A stretch of 64,000 nucleotides of DNA from Bacteroidia bacterium (GCA_035485295.1 DATHOD010000174.1:3704-67703); one strand, 5' to 3'; counted from the first letter of the stretch, positions 1 through 10,669 are shown. Notes: generated from the letters alone by a model not told the origin. A program made the numbers and translations.

Positions 1-354
1 TCCTATTTTGCCATGCTTGACATTTGCTTGTTGTTGCAGCCAGTCATAACAAGCTTTAACATCAGCTGACATACCTTCCACACTCATTGCCTGAAAGTGC
101 GGCATAATAGGCGCAAAATCATTGTAAGCAAATTCTTCGCCCGGTTTAGCTGAGCGGTGAAATAATTCCGGCGCTATGGCAACATAACCTTCTTTTGCAA
201 TACGGTCGGCTACATTGCGTATATGGCCATTTACACCAAAGGCTTCTTGCAAAACAAGCATACCCGGGAATGGCCCCTTACCTTCAGGAGTGGATACATA
301 GGCATTCATGGAAGTGCCATCGCTTACTTTTAATGTTACAGTTTGTGTTGACAT
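1..354 (-). CDS. dienelactone hydrolase family protein; start codon at 352-354, C-terminus runs off the window start
   Basis: Reverse translation begins MSTQTVTLKVSDGTSMNAYVSTPEGKGPFPGMLVLQEAFGVNGHIRNVADRIAKEGYVAIAPELFHR, a typical DLH fold N-terminus. Not in the ORF track because it is truncated. Confidence 0.7.
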   Translation of the reverse strand, partial: MSTQTVTLKVSDGTSMNAYVSTPEGKGPFPGMLVLQEAFGVNGHIRNVADRIAKEGYVAIAPELFHRSAKPGEEFAYNDFAPIMPHFQAMSVEGMSADVKACYDWLQQQANVKHGKIG

Positions 355-373
355 AATGAAACTATTTATGGGG

Positions 374-808
374 TTATAATTTATGCATTACTGTTACTTC
401 AACGGTTTGAACCATTTCCTTTTTGTCTGTATAAAATTCATATTTCCAGGTAATTACTGCATGGCCTCTCGCCGGATTTCGATGCAAATGAATAATGGTA
501 ATTACGCAGTGAGTAGGCTGATTGGCATATATGGGCCTTAAAAACTTCCAGTTGTTCAGTTCCAGTCCGCATATTACAGTTTCACCAAACATAGGCACCC
601 AATACTTAATATGGAACGCACTGAAAATATGAGGTCCGCTTGAAACAAATCCTTTGAACATGCTTTCCTCGGCGGCCTTTTTATCTATATGAAAAGCCAG
701 AGGGTCGTTAAGCTTGGCATAATTAATTATCTCCTCTTCTGAAAGTGTAATAGAGTCGAGATTGAAAACCTGTTTCTCGTGTAGGTCCTTAACTGAATAT
801 TTTTCCAC
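374..808 (-). CDS. MaoC-like / hotdog-fold dehydratase family protein
   Basis: 144-aa ORF; size and the central pattern HIDKKAAEESMFKGFVSSG are typical of MaoC N-terminal hotdog proteins. Confidence 0.5.
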   Translation of the reverse strand: MEKYSVKDLHEKQVFNLDSITLSEEEIINYAKLNDPLAFHIDKKAAEESMFKGFVSSGPHIFSAFHIKYWVPMFGETVICGLELNNWKFLRPIYANQPTHCVITIIHLHRNPARGHAVITWKYEFYTDKKEMVQTVEVTVMHKL

Positions 809-810
809 AA

Positions 811-2775
811 TTATGCTTCTTTTGCTTGTTTACTGGTTGCGAACCTAAACAGAATAAATGAGAGTATTAAAAAGAACACTAGTGATATCAGGTCGCCCCA
901 ATTTCCAAACTTATCTGCAACTCCGGTATTGAATTTATCAGCCAGTGAAATAGCTTTACCATCGGCTCCTGTACCTACATTGGTTCCAATCATTATCGCA
1001 ATTATAATTCCTGTTATGGCGCCACCTGCAATTAATCCTGAGCTGAACAATGCACCCGGCCCAATATCTGATTCGGCTTCTTTGGTTTTATTCTTTTTGT
1101 CAACTAGCCATTTTACAAGTCCACCGACAAATATTGGTGTTGTGCTTGATAGTGGGAGGTAAGCACCCACCGCAAATGCCAATGAACTTACTCCGCAAAG
1201 TTCCATTACAGCAGATATTCCCATACCAACCAAAACAAGTCCCCAGGGAAGATTATGGCTAAGCAAGCCTTTTATAACTGTTGCCATAAGGGTTGCCTGT
1301 GGTGCAGGTAAGGGGTTAGGATGTGATGCAGTTGCCATTCCTATTCCAATAGTTCTTTCTAAAAGCGTAAGTGTGAACCCAATAGCTACTGTTGAAACCA
1401 ATACTCCAATAATTAAGCCTAGCTGCTGTTTGAGTGGTGTTGCACCTAAAATATATCCTGTTTTTAAATCTTGTGATGTTGCACCCGCATTCGCCGATGC
1501 TATACAGACTATTGAACCAACTACCAATGCTATAGGTTGGTATACATCGCCTGTCCAGCCTATGCCCACAAATATTAATGAAGTTGCCATTAATGTTGCA
1601 ATTGTCATACCCGAAATTGGATTGGATGAAGAACCAATTAACCCAACAATGCGCGATGATACTGTAACGAAGAAAAAACCAAATACCACGATCATTAGAG
1701 CGGAAATGAAATTGGTTGGTATGTTTGGAATTACTGACATAAACACAATTAGCAATCCACTTCCAATCAATACATAAATAAGCGGAATGTCTCTTTCAGT
1801 ACGTAATTTTTCTGTCCTATGTACATCATCTTTTTTACGCAAGTCTTTAAAGGAATCGCGGAAAGCACTGATAATGGTAGGGAGTGTTTTTATCAAGGTC
1901 ATTAATCCACCAAAGGTTACTGCACCTGCACCTATGTAACGTATGTAACGGTTCCAGATATCATCTGCACTCATTTGAGAAATAAGCTGGGTTGTTTCAG
2001 GAGGAAAAACTTTCGTTAACCCGTCACCCAGCATAGTAATAAGCGGAGTCAGCACTAATGCTGATAATACTCCACCGGCTACCATTATACCTGCTATGCT
2101 CGGCCCGATAATATAACCTACACCCAATAATTCAGGAGTTATCTCACCGCTGATAGATGCATTAGGTAGAACAGAACTCCTATTGAAAATATATTGAGGA
2201 ACATCTTTCCAAAAGCCAAGTATTGACATAAGTAGTTTGTATAGGAATGCAATTCCTAATCCGTAATAAACTTTTTGAGCAAGCTTGCCACCTTTTTCAC
2301 CTGCAATAAGAACATCTGCGCAAGCAGTTCCTTCAGGGTAAGGAAGGTTGCCATGCTCTTTTACAATAAGTGAGCGCCTGAGTGGCACCATAAAAAGCAC
2401 ACCCAATATACCACCGGCAAGTGCCAGGACAAATATTTGCAGATAATGGAAGTATTGTTCTCCGCCCGCAAGAAAAAGCAGGGCAGGAACTGTAAATACC
2501 ACACCCGCTGCAACCGATTCACCGGCTGAGCCTATGGTCTGTACAATATTACTTTCTAAAATGCTGGCATTGCCCAGTTTTTTAAATACCGATATAGCAA
2601 GAACTGCAATAGGAATAGAGGCACTAACCGTAAGCCCTACTTTAAGTCCAAGGTAAACCGATGCCGCCCCGAAGATTACTCCGAAGATGGCACCCATGAT
2701 AATTGCCCTAAGCGAAAATTCAGGAATAAGCTCTTTTGCCGAAATAAAAGGCTTGAAATCTTTATCGTCTGCCAT
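811..2775 (-). CDS. OPT family oligopeptide transporter
   Basis: 654-aa polytopic membrane protein. N-terminus FISAKELIPEFSLRAIIMGAIFG and overall architecture match bacterial OPT transporters. Confidence 0.65.
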   Translation of the reverse strand: MADDKDFKPFISAKELIPEFSLRAIIMGAIFGVIFGAASVYLGLKVGLTVSASIPIAVLAISVFKKLGNASILESNIVQTIGSAGESVAAGVVFTVPALLFLAGGEQYFHYLQIFVLALAGGILGVLFMVPLRRSLIVKEHGNLPYPEGTACADVLIAGEKGGKLAQKVYYGLGIAFLYKLLMSILGFWKDVPQYIFNRSSVLPNASISGEITPELLGVGYIIGPSIAGIMVAGGVLSALVLTPLITMLGDGLTKVFPPETTQLISQMSADDIWNRYIRYIGAGAVTFGGLMTLIKTLPTIISAFRDSFKDLRKKDDVHRTEKLRTERDIPLIYVLIGSGLLIVFMSVIPNIPTNFISALMIVVFGFFFVTVSSRIVGLIGSSSNPISGMTIATLMATSLIFVGIGWTGDVYQPIALVVGSIVCIASANAGATSQDLKTGYILGATPLKQQLGLIIGVLVSTVAIGFTLTLLERTIGIGMATASHPNPLPAPQATLMATVIKGLLSHNLPWGLVLVGMGISAVMELCGVSSLAFAVGAYLPLSSTTPIFVGGLVKWLVDKKNKTKEAESDIGPGALFSSGLIAGGAITGIIIAIMIGTNVGTGADGKAISLADKFNTGVADKFGNWGDLISLVFFLILSFILFRFATSKQAKEA

Positions 2776-2826
2776 GGGGTATTAATTAATCTGTGAGGGG
2801 TAAATATACAATTAGTTAGAAAATTC

Positions 2827-2834
2827 TATATTTG
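2827..2834 (+). promoter_or_regulatory. candidate Bacteroidota sigmaA -7 box TATATTTG, 20 nt upstream of the POT transporter ATG
   Basis: Matches the TAnnTTTG consensus known for Bacteroidetes promoters. Lies in the divergent intergenic region between the OPT and POT genes. Confidence 0.35.
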
Positions 2835-2854
2835 GCTTAACTAAATCCCAGATT

Positions 2855-4537
2855 ATGTCAAATACTACACCTAGAAAGGGTCATCCGAGAGCATTATATG
2901 TTCTGTTCTTAACTGAAATGTGGGAACGCTTCGGCTACTACCTTATGGTTGGAATTTTCTTCCTGTATTTAATTGATCCTAGAAGGCACGGAGGCAAAGG
3001 GTTTGATGCTACTGCAGCATCTGATATTGTAGGTTCATATATAGCGCTAGTTTACCTTACCCCATTTCTTGGTGGACTTATAGCAGACCGGTATTTAGGT
3101 TACCGGAAGTCAATTATTTTAGGGGGATCACTTATGGCCTGCGGTTATTTTGGGCTGGCTTTGCCGGGTGATACTTCCATGTATGTATCATGTGCCTTAG
3201 TAATTATAGGTAATGGTTTCTTCAAACCTAATATAAGTACACTATTGGGTAATATTTATAATGCCGAAGATCTTAAACCCAAAAAGGATGTGGCCTATAA
3301 CATCTTCTATATGGGTATAAATATTGGGGCCTTCTTCTGCAATTTTGTAGCTGCTTACCTCCGTAACTATTACGGATGGGGATATGCTTTTGCAGCTGCC
3401 GGTGTAGGAATGGTAATCGGGCTTATTTTCTTCATGGTAGGCATGAGAGATGCAGAAGTTATAAAAGGAGATGTAGTTAAGCCTGCACAAAAGGAAGATA
3501 TGCCATTAAGCAAAATATTTATGTATGTATTCTTCCCTGCAATAATAACAGGTGCTATTGGCTGGAATATTAGCAAATGGATGCATTTGGATCACCCCAT
3601 TTTCAACACCATAACCAACGACGCTTTCTTCTTTGCCTGTGTTCCTCTTATTGTGTTTTATCTTGGTTTATATTTTAAAGCTTCGCATGAGGACAAAAGA
3701 GGACTAGGAGCCTTGCTTTCATTCTTTGCAGTGAGTATTGTGTTTTGGGTTATATATAACCAGAATAGTACCGCTTTAACCATATGGGCTGATACATATA
3801 CTAACCGACATATGCCTGCTGCAGGGGTTAAATGGACCAAGCCTTTCGGTATGTTACAAATGACTTCGGCCGATACAACTACGGTAACTAAAATAGATAA
3901 TCACTTCGTTGCAGTTCTTGATGCGAAGGGTAATACACAGGAGGTAAAGGGAGTGGATCCTTACCTGCAAAACCTGCCAAAAGACCAGTGGCCTAAGCCA
4001 GGTGAAAAAGAAAGCCTTATTTCTCCTGAGTTGTTTCAATCGGCAAATCCAATATATATTGTAATTCTGACACCTTTGGTACTTGGCTTCTTCGGGTTTA
4101 TGAAAAAGCGAAAATTTGAGTTAAATACTCCTATGAAAATTGCTTTTGGTATGATCATAGCTGGATTATCTTCGCTCACTATGTACTTTGCAGTTAAAAG
4201 CACCAATATTTATATCGACAAAACAAGCATGGGATGGCTTTTAAGTACCTATGGAATATTTTCTATCGGGGAATTGCTGATAAGCCCTATAGGGTTATCT
4301 ATGGTTTCTAAACTTGCCCCGGCACGTCTCACAGCGCTTATGATGGGCGGATGGTTCCTTATCAACTCTATGGCAGGTAAAATATCGGGCATGATGGGAA
4401 GTTACTGGGATAAGTTTGAAGACAAGGGTAACTATTTCCTTATACTATTCTTTTCTGCTCTTGGTTCCGCAGCTATCATGTTCTTTATGGTTAAGTGGTT
4501 GGCACAAGTAGTAAGAGAAAAGACAGGAAGCAATTAA
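2855..4537 (+). CDS. POT/PTR2 family proton-dependent di/tripeptide transporter (DtpT-like MFS)
   Basis: PTR2 signature ExxERFxYY (LTEMWERFGYYLMVGIFFLYL); about 14 TM helices over 560 aa. Confidence 0.85.
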   Translation: MSNTTPRKGHPRALYVLFLTEMWERFGYYLMVGIFFLYLIDPRRHGGKGFDATAASDIVGSYIALVYLTPFLGGLIADRYLGYRKSIILGGSLMACGYFGLALPGDTSMYVSCALVIIGNGFFKPNISTLLGNIYNAEDLKPKKDVAYNIFYMGINIGAFFCNFVAAYLRNYYGWGYAFAAAGVGMVIGLIFFMVGMRDAEVIKGDVVKPAQKEDMPLSKIFMYVFFPAIITGAIGWNISKWMHLDHPIFNTITNDAFFFACVPLIVFYLGLYFKASHEDKRGLGALLSFFAVSIVFWVIYNQNSTALTIWADTYTNRHMPAAGVKWTKPFGMLQMTSADTTTVTKIDNHFVAVLDAKGNTQEVKGVDPYLQNLPKDQWPKPGEKESLISPELFQSANPIYIVILTPLVLGFFGFMKKRKFELNTPMKIAFGMIIAGLSSLTMYFAVKSTNIYIDKTSMGWLLSTYGIFSIGELLISPIGLSMVSKLAPARLTALMMGGWFLINSMAGKISGMMGSYWDKFEDKGNYFLILFFSALGSAAIMFFMVKWLAQVVREKTGSN

Positions 4538-4558
4538 CAGAACGTATATAAATGAAAA

Positions 4559-4586
4559 GCCCCACGAGTATTCGTGGGGCTTTTTT
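4559..4586. terminator. intrinsic terminator hairpin between convergent genes
   Basis: Stem GCCCCACGA (4559-4567) pairs with TCGTGGGGC (4572-4580); followed by TTTTTT, preceded by AAAA. Confidence 0.6.
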
Positions 4587-4617
4587 AATGCCATTAAATC
4601 CCCTTTAGGAGCAATGC

Positions 4618-5700
4618 TTACTGTTGAACTACAAACTTGCCATTTGTAAGTATGTTGCCCGACTTATCAAGCACCCTGTAAAGGTATATTCCATTTGCAA
4701 ATGAAGAAGTATTGATTAAAGCGTCTCCGTTCTTCAGTATAGTTCCGTTAATTTCTCTTCCTGTAATGTCAAACAAAGAAACTGTTTGAGCATTTTGATT
4801 TGTACTGCGGAACGTAACCTGGGTAGTGCAAGGGTTAGGAAATAACTTAGTACTGTTGTTCTGACTTACTTCATTAATGCCGTTAGGAACACCATCATAC
4901 CATTTAACTGATTTTACATTAGCATTATTGGTATCCATTTGCATGGTAATAAGCATATCGCCAATGCCATTGGTGTACCACCTGTATTGGTAGTTCTTAG
5001 TTCTTAGGTCATAACCCGAATAAGACCAGGTGCCGAAGATTGAAAGAACATAGATGCTGTCTATATCAAGTTCATAATGCTTCTGACGCAATGTATTAAA
5101 TGAGCCAAATGGAGTTGTTAAAGTTCCCCATGCATCTATAGTATCGGCATATTTTATATAAGCTGTTCCTCTTGCAGAGTCTACTCCTGGTATAGCCACA
5201 ACCGCAATAGAATGAGATTTTCCTGTACTTACCCCACCATCAATATTTCCATAAATTCCAGGGAAGTTAATTTGAGTAAAGGCAGGGCTGAGGGCAATAG
5301 CCACATTATATCCCATAACGTTTTGAACAGTTCCAATAGCATTGAATGAACCCGATGAGCTATTTAAAAATATATACCCACCTCCATATGTGGTATCCGC
5401 AATATTAGAACTCGGGAAAGTACTTGCATATGGAGTTGTACTTGGATTCGTGAAGCTATCTATAGCTGTTGTGGTTCCTTTTAAAGAAGTAAAGTTCCAT
5501 GTTTGCCCTGTGCCTTTATTGCCAGGGGTAACCGTAGGTAAGGTATCGTCACGGTTAATTACCGCTTTACCAACAACAGGCATATCGGCCTGTGTTATGG
5601 TTATTTGCCCTTGCATCTGTATCGATAACAGAGTAAGGCATAACAGGGAACAGAGTAATGTAATTTTTTTCATGTTTTTGCGATTGGTTATAATTAACAA
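4618..5700 (-). CDS. secreted protein with T9SS (Por) C-terminal sorting domain
   Basis: Signal peptide MKKITLLCSLLCLTLLS. C-terminus matches T9SS CTD (…FANGIYLYRVLDKSGNILTNGKFVVQQ). Confidence 0.6.
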   Translation of the reverse strand: MLIITNRKNMKKITLLCSLLCLTLLSIQMQGQITITQADMPVVGKAVINRDDTLPTVTPGNKGTGQTWNFTSLKGTTTAIDSFTNPSTTPYASTFPSSNIADTTYGGGYIFLNSSSGSFNAIGTVQNVMGYNVAIALSPAFTQINFPGIYGNIDGGVSTGKSHSIAVVAIPGVDSARGTAYIKYADTIDAWGTLTTPFGSFNTLRQKHYELDIDSIYVLSIFGTWSYSGYDLRTKNYQYRWYTNGIGDMLITMQMDTNNANVKSVKWYDGVPNGINEVSQNNSTKLFPNPCTTQVTFRSTNQNAQTVSLFDITGREINGTILKNGDALINTSSFANGIYLYRVLDKSGNILTNGKFVVQQ

Positions 5701-5759
5701 ATATAGGAAAGGCTTTACAATAAAGTTTACTTCCAGTGCTACTTTACTACTTTTGCAGC

Positions 5760-6539
5760 ATGAACCAATATGTTAAGCCTAAGAAAAGACTTGGACAGCA
5801 TTTTTTAAAAGACGAAAATATAGCCAAGAAGGTGGCTTCTTATCTTACCCCTTCTGACGATATATTGATTGAAATTGGTCCGGGCACCGGTAACCTCACC
5901 ACGCATTTGGTGAAAGAATGGAGCGATAGGCTTTGGTTGGTAGAAGTAGATGATGAATCGGTAGAATATTTGCAGAACGTATTCCCTGAATTGAAACCAA
6001 GAACGTTGCATACCGATTTTCTGCAACTGGAATTAGATAAGACTTTTCCTAATAAAAGCCTTTCTGTTATAGGCAATTTCCCTTACAACATTTCATCGCA
6101 AATTCTTTTCAGAGTGCTGAAATACCGGGCGCAGGTAACACAAATGGTGGGTATGTTTCAAAAGGAAGTGGCTAAACGTATTTGTTCCCCTCCGGGTAAT
6201 AAGGACTATGGTATTTTGAGTGTTTTAGTTCAGGCATATTTCAATACAGAGTACCTGTTAGATGTTCCTCCTCAAGTATTTATTCCCCCGCCTGCAGTTG
6301 ATTCAGGTGTAATTAAGATAGAACGCAAGCCTGAATTCACATTAGGGTGCAATGAGGAATTATTTACAGCTGTTGTAAAGGCAGGGTTTAATCAGCGCAG
6401 GAAAAAGCTTTCCAATGCCCTTTCGGGTGTAATGGGAGATAAAAAAATAAAAAGTGAATTACTGGATAAACGTGCGGAGCAGTTATCGTGGCAAGATTTT
6501 GAAGTCCTTACTAAAATGATAGAGGAAAGCAGGCCTTAG
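5760..6539 (+). CDS. rsmA: 16S rRNA (adenine1518/1519-N6)-dimethyltransferase
   Basis: MNQYVKPKKRLGQHFLKDENIAKKV… with SAM motif EIGPGTGNLT. TACTTTTG (TAnnTTTG) lies just upstream. The ORF-track start at 5736 is probably 8 codons too far upstream. Confidence 0.9.
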   Translation: MNQYVKPKKRLGQHFLKDENIAKKVASYLTPSDDILIEIGPGTGNLTTHLVKEWSDRLWLVEVDDESVEYLQNVFPELKPRTLHTDFLQLELDKTFPNKSLSVIGNFPYNISSQILFRVLKYRAQVTQMVGMFQKEVAKRICSPPGNKDYGILSVLVQAYFNTEYLLDVPPQVFIPPPAVDSGVIKIERKPEFTLGCNEELFTAVVKAGFNQRRKKLSNALSGVMGDKKIKSELLDKRAEQLSWQDFEVLTKMIEESRP

Positions 6540-6913
6540 CTTTTTGGAATAAACTGGAATTTCATTCCAACTACCTTTTCGTATTCTTCCCCTGTATCTT
6601 TTATATCGTTATCGGTAAGATCATAATGCCACAATATTTCAATGGAAGCGCCATTGTCAATAAGGGTCTTTATCTGCGACAATAATTGCTTGAGTATGAT
6701 AATAGAGGATGAGCTTATGTATTCAAAAGATAGAGATAAGCGTATTGTTTCTGCAGATGGTGCAGGCAAATTTCTGAACCATTCAAACACAGGCTGATAA
6801 AAACCACGCGCATTTTCAGGAAATGACTTTCCTGAAATTTCAAATCTCTTTTTTGTTTGGTCTAATATGACCCTTGGGCTGTTAAGCGTTTCTTTTATAA
6901 ATAGGTTTTCCAT
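6536..6913 (-). CDS. SiaC-like DUF1987 partner-switch protein (candidate)
   Basis: 125-aa acidic protein immediately downstream of a GHKL kinase-like gene, the classic SiaB/SiaC layout. Called from size and context, not a motif. Confidence 0.45.
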   Translation of the reverse strand: MENLFIKETLNSPRVILDQTKKRFEISGKSFPENARGFYQPVFEWFRNLPAPSAETIRLSLSFEYISSSSIIILKQLLSQIKTLIDNGASIEILWHYDLTDNDIKDTGEEYEKVVGMKFQFIPKS

Positions 6914-6922
6914 AGGCTAATC

Positions 6923-7477
6923 TTATTTGTCAGGTATAGTAGCAGATATTTCAAACAGAGCAGCATGCTCATTCACCCTAACTTCTTCAAAGGTAAAATT
7001 ATTATTACTTTTTAATGCAATGGTAATAAGGCCGAGCCCAGCACCGCCTTTGGCAGAATATTGGTCGTTGCTAAGCACTTCCATATAGTGGTTCTTAAGC
7101 TGCCTTTCGTTCATTTTCTTTATTTCATCTAACGATGCTTTTATCTTGGTAGCAGTATCTGCTTTTACAATATTTGCACAGGTTACAACGTAATCTTCCA
7201 TATTACGGGCCAAAATAAAATAGAATGGCTTTCCTATTTCCGGTGTAGCGCTATGCAACAATACGTTCTGCAGCATTTCAATAAGTATATTGAATATCTT
7301 CTTGATAGTACCTCGGCGTGCGCCTTCAGTATCAAGCTGGTGCTCGGCTGCATACGATAACATGCTTACCCTGTCCTGGTCCATTTGCCCATGATAGGAA
7401 GTAATGACCTTCTTGCCCGGCCCGGTATTGCGGCTTAAAGCGTCAGAATATCTATTTTCCATTAAGGTGCTGGGCAT
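6923..7477 (-). CDS. SiaB-like / anti-sigma-factor-type GHKL serine kinase
   Basis: HATPase N-box EMLQNVLLHS and G2-box GGAGLGLITIA; 184 aa with no other domain (RsbW/SpoIIAB/SiaB-like). Confidence 0.55.
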   Translation of the reverse strand: MPSTLMENRYSDALSRNTGPGKKVITSYHGQMDQDRVSMLSYAAEHQLDTEGARRGTIKKIFNILIEMLQNVLLHSATPEIGKPFYFILARNMEDYVVTCANIVKADTATKIKASLDEIKKMNERQLKNHYMEVLSNDQYSAKGGAGLGLITIALKSNNNFTFEEVRVNEHAALFEISATIPDK

Positions 7478-7583
7478 TTTACAGGGATTAACGTAATGCT
7501 TTTAAAAGTTTAAGCTACAAAAAAGGGCAATTGGACATACAAAAATAAAAATTCTTCTCAAATCGAGGGCATTTGGTCTTTCT

Positions 7584-9641
7584 GTGCCTCTTTTCGTTTT
7601 ATCTTCGCGGCTCGTGAAAACTTTTAAACGATATACGATTACGGCTGCTTTGCCATATGCAAATGGCCCCCTTCATATAGGGCATATGGCAGGTTGCTAC
7701 CTGCCTGCAGATATATATGTGCGTTACCTGCGTTCAAAGGGTAGAGACGTAGTATTTATCTGTGGTTCAGACGAACATGGGGTGCCAATAACCATACGTG
7801 CTCGTAAAGAGGGGATTACACCACAGCAAGTGGTTGATAAGTACCATGCCTTAATGAAGAAGACTTTTGCTGATTTTGCAATAGATTTCAGCATTTATTC
7901 ACGTACTTCTAACGAAATACACCATAAAACAGCATCCGATATCTTCAAAAGGATATATGATAAGGGCATTTTCCAGGAATCGGTTACCGAACAATACTTC
8001 GATGAAAAGGCAGGCCAGTTTTTAGCCGATAGGTATATAACGGGTACCTGTCCTAATTGTGGTAATCCGAATGCATACGGCGACCAGTGCGAAAAATGCG
8101 GTACTTCCCTAAATCCTATGGATCTAAAAAATCCGGTATCGGCATTAAGTGGTGAAAAGCCAATATTAAAAGAAACAAAGAACTGGTTTTTGCCTCTGGA
8201 TAAACTTCAACCCCGGATAGAAGAGTATATAAACTCACATAGTGATTGGAAACCAAATGTATTTGGCCAATGCAAATCATGGCTTAATCAAGGCTTACAA
8301 CCCCGTGCTATGACACGTGATTTAGATTGGGGAGTGAAAGTGCCTATAAAAGGTGCAGAAAACAAGGTACTTTATGTTTGGTTCGATGCACCTATTGGGT
8401 ATATATCAGCCACTAAGGAACTTACAAAGGATTGGGAAAAATATTGGAAGGATAAAGATACACGCCTGATACATTTTATCGGCAAGGATAATATTGTGTT
8501 CCACTGTATTATCTTCCCTGCGGTACTTATGTGCGATGGGGAATTTATTTTACCTGATAATGTTCCTGCCAATGAATTTTTGAACCTGGAAGGAGAAAAA
8601 ATATCTACTTCTCGCAACTGGGCAGTTTGGTTGCATGAATACCTTGAAGATTTTCCCGGTAAGCAAGATGTGATGCGCTATACCCTTTGCGCCAATGCTC
8701 CTGAAAGCAAGGACAACGATTTTACCTGGAAAGATTTTCAGGCAAGAAACAATAGTGAACTTGTGGCTATACTTGGCAACTTTGTACACCGCACAAACGT
8801 GCTAACATGGAAATATTACGAAGGTAAAGTTCCGCATGCCGAACAATACGAGAAAAGTGATCTGTTGTTAATGGAAGAAATGAGCAAATTCCCTAAAAAG
8901 ATTGCTGATTCTATTGAAACATTCCATTTCCGCGAAGCTCTTTCTGAACTAATGAATCTGGCACGCCTTGGTAACAAATACCTTGCCGATAACGAACCAT
9001 GGAAGGCCATTACTCATAACCCGAAAAGGGTGCAAACTGTGTTGAATCTTTCTTTGCAGATTTGTGCCAACCTAGCTGTGCTTATGCAGCCCTTTCTGCC
9101 TTTTACATCCGATAAACTTTTCAGATTATTGAATATTTCTCCTCTTAACTGGGATGCTGCAGGCAAGGCTAATATATTAACAGATAGTCACCAGCTTTCA
9201 GAAGCAGTTATGTTATTTGACAGGATAGAAGACGAAATCATACAACAACAAGTGGATAAATTGCATAATAGTAAGAATGTGCCGGCAGCACCAAGTGTAA
9301 CTCTGCAAAAGGCAACTATTGCGTACGAGGATTTTGAAAAGATGGACATGCGTGTGGGTACAATAGTTAATGCAGAAAAAGTTGCAGGAGCCGATAAACT
9401 GCTTAAACTTACTGTAAATACGGGTATTGACACAAGAACAGTAGTATCGGGTATTGCAAAATATTATGCTCCTGAGCAGATTGTGGGCAAACAAGTGTGT
9501 TTATTGGTAAATTTGGCCCCGCGTAAATTAAGAGGTATCGAGTCGCAGGGAATGATATTAATGGCCGAAAATGCAAATGGAGAATTGGTTTTTGTGTCAC
9601 CTGTAAAACCCGATACCGATAATGGAGCAATAGTTAAATAA
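7584..9641 (+). CDS. metG: methionine--tRNA ligase with C-terminal EMAP/tRNA-binding domain
   Basis: HIGH motif PLHIGHMAG; KMSKS-like KISTSRN; Zn knuckle [18 protein letters not shown]; C-terminal [33 protein letters not shown] at 7614 is an alternative start. Confidence 0.93.
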   Translation: MPLFVLSSRLVKTFKRYTITAALPYANGPLHIGHMAGCYLPADIYVRYLRSKGRDVVFICGSDEHGVPITIRARKEGITPQQVVDKYHALMKKTFADFAIDFSIYSRTSNEIHHKTASDIFKRIYDKGIFQESVTEQYFDEKAGQFLADRYITGTCPNCGNPNAYGDQCEKCGTSLNPMDLKNPVSALSGEKPILKETKNWFLPLDKLQPRIEEYINSHSDWKPNVFGQCKSWLNQGLQPRAMTRDLDWGVKVPIKGAENKVLYVWFDAPIGYISATKELTKDWEKYWKDKDTRLIHFIGKDNIVFHCIIFPAVLMCDGEFILPDNVPANEFLNLEGEKISTSRNWAVWLHEYLEDFPGKQDVMRYTLCANAPESKDNDFTWKDFQARNNSELVAILGNFVHRTNVLTWKYYEGKVPHAEQYEKSDLLLMEEMSKFPKKIADSIETFHFREALSELMNLARLGNKYLADNEPWKAITHNPKRVQTVLNLSLQICANLAVLMQPFLPFTSDKLFRLLNISPLNWDAAGKANILTDSHQLSEAVMLFDRIEDEIIQQQVDKLHNSKNVPAAPSVTLQKATIAYEDFEKMDMRVGTIVNAEKVAGADKLLKLTVNTGIDTRTVVSGIAKYYAPEQIVGKQVCLLVNLAPRKLRGIESQGMILMAENANGELVFVSPVKPDTDNGAIVK

Positions 9642-9659
9642 GATAGTTCTTAAATTTTT

Positions 9660-9731
9660 GGCGCCGTAGTTCAATGGATAGAATAGAAGTTTCCTAAACT
9701 TTTGATATAGGTTCGATTCCTATCGGAGCCA
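9660..9731 (+). tRNA. tRNA-Arg (anticodon CCT)
   Basis: Hand-folded cloverleaf. Acceptor GGCGCCG/CGGAGCC (one mismatch); anticodon stem GAAGT/ACTTT with loop TTCCTAA; T-arm ATAGG-TTCGATT-CCTAT; discriminator A. CCA is not encoded. Confidence 0.75.
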
Positions 9732-9753
9732 CTGGGTGAAAACCCTAATAAAA

Positions 9754-9783
9754 CCCTTACTTAGTAAGGGTTTTATTGTTTCC
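9754..9783 (+). terminator. terminator hairpin after tRNA-Arg; member of a repeated ~48-nt terminator element
   Basis: Stem CCCTTAC, loop TTA, stem GTAAGGG, then TTTTATTGTTT. A near-identical element occurs at 32945-32995. Confidence 0.6.
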
Positions 9784-9953
9784 GGGACTTTCTTTTTTAG
9801 AAGAAATTTTATTGTTGAATAATTCCAATTATTACTGCAATTGAAAACACTACTGCTATTCAAAACATTATTGCTGACATTACATTTGATGAATCATTTG
9901 GGTTTTTCATATTGTTTGTATTTACCGGCTAAGATTATTTAATCGTGAAGGTG

Positions 9954-10394
9954 TTATGAGGCGATCTTATTCTTCAAATCCTTAATAGACTTTCCCAATT
10001 CACTCATATCACGGCTAAATCCCGCTTTGAATGCTTCCCACTTTTCTTTCCCTTCAGCTTTATAATCATCTATTTTCTTTTTCATGTCACTATCTTTCTC
10101 ATTCAATGCATCTATTTTTGCTTGGTATTCATTCTTATCCTCTTGTTTGTCATTTGCTATTCTTTCATTAAACTCTGTAATGCTTTGTTGGTTAGCAGAA
10201 ATACTATCGGCAGTTTGCTTTTTGTAACTTTCTATATCTGCCAGATATTCCTGATTTGCGCTATCCAGATTATTATTAGCTGTGGTAACATTATCTTGTG
10301 CGTTCTTGACTTTTTCCTCGGGGCTACTGCAGCCTGTAAATACTGCACTTATTATAACAGTAGATATAGCCAATGCCACAATTGATTTATTCAT
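9954..10394 (-). CDS. coiled-coil lipoprotein, function unknown
   Basis: Lipobox AVFTGCSS after the signal peptide; K/E/D-rich coiled-coil body. Carries the bipartite module upstream. Confidence 0.55.
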   Translation of the reverse strand: MNKSIVALAISTVIISAVFTGCSSPEEKVKNAQDNVTTANNNLDSANQEYLADIESYKKQTADSISANQQSITEFNERIANDKQEDKNEYQAKIDALNEKDSDMKKKIDDYKAEGKEKWEAFKAGFSRDMSELGKSIKDLKNKIAS

Positions 10395-10432
10395 GATATT
10401 ATTTATTTAAGTGTGAATTAGTTTTCACTGCG

Positions 10433-10488
10433 CAAAGATTGTATATGTATCAGCCGCTGATGTTATATTACTTTTAGAATAAGTTGCA
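10433..10488 (-). promoter_or_regulatory. bipartite module for the 9954 gene (minus strand): distal TGCAACT, 21 bp spacing, proximal TATAACA, N23, CTTTG, followed by GTGAAAACTAATTCACAC
   Basis: On the plus strand: CAAAG 10433-10437, TGTTATA 10461-10467, AGTTGCA 10482-10488. Same architecture as 20 other sites in the window. Confidence 0.55.
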
Positions 10489-10669
10489 TAATTGCCACAG
10501 GGTAGTTTAATGTAGGTTCCTAAATGGTTAACTGATAACCTAAGTACCATAAAAGGTTAGTATCATCTATTATACCTTTGCCAATGGAAATAAGCAGGTG
10601 GTGTTTCTCAGTATAATCAATGATGACTTTATATTGGGGACATTTATCAACTATAATTCAATAAATACT

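Noticed and set aside
9780-9950. Imperfect direct repeats (ATTATTACTGCAATTGAAAACA / CTACTGCTATTCAAAACA / ATTATTGCTGAC) downstream of tRNA-Arg
   Set aside because: Too degenerate to call a repeat or CRISPR-like array. More likely AT-rich promoter or spacer DNA for the 9954 gene; mentioned only as a curiosity.
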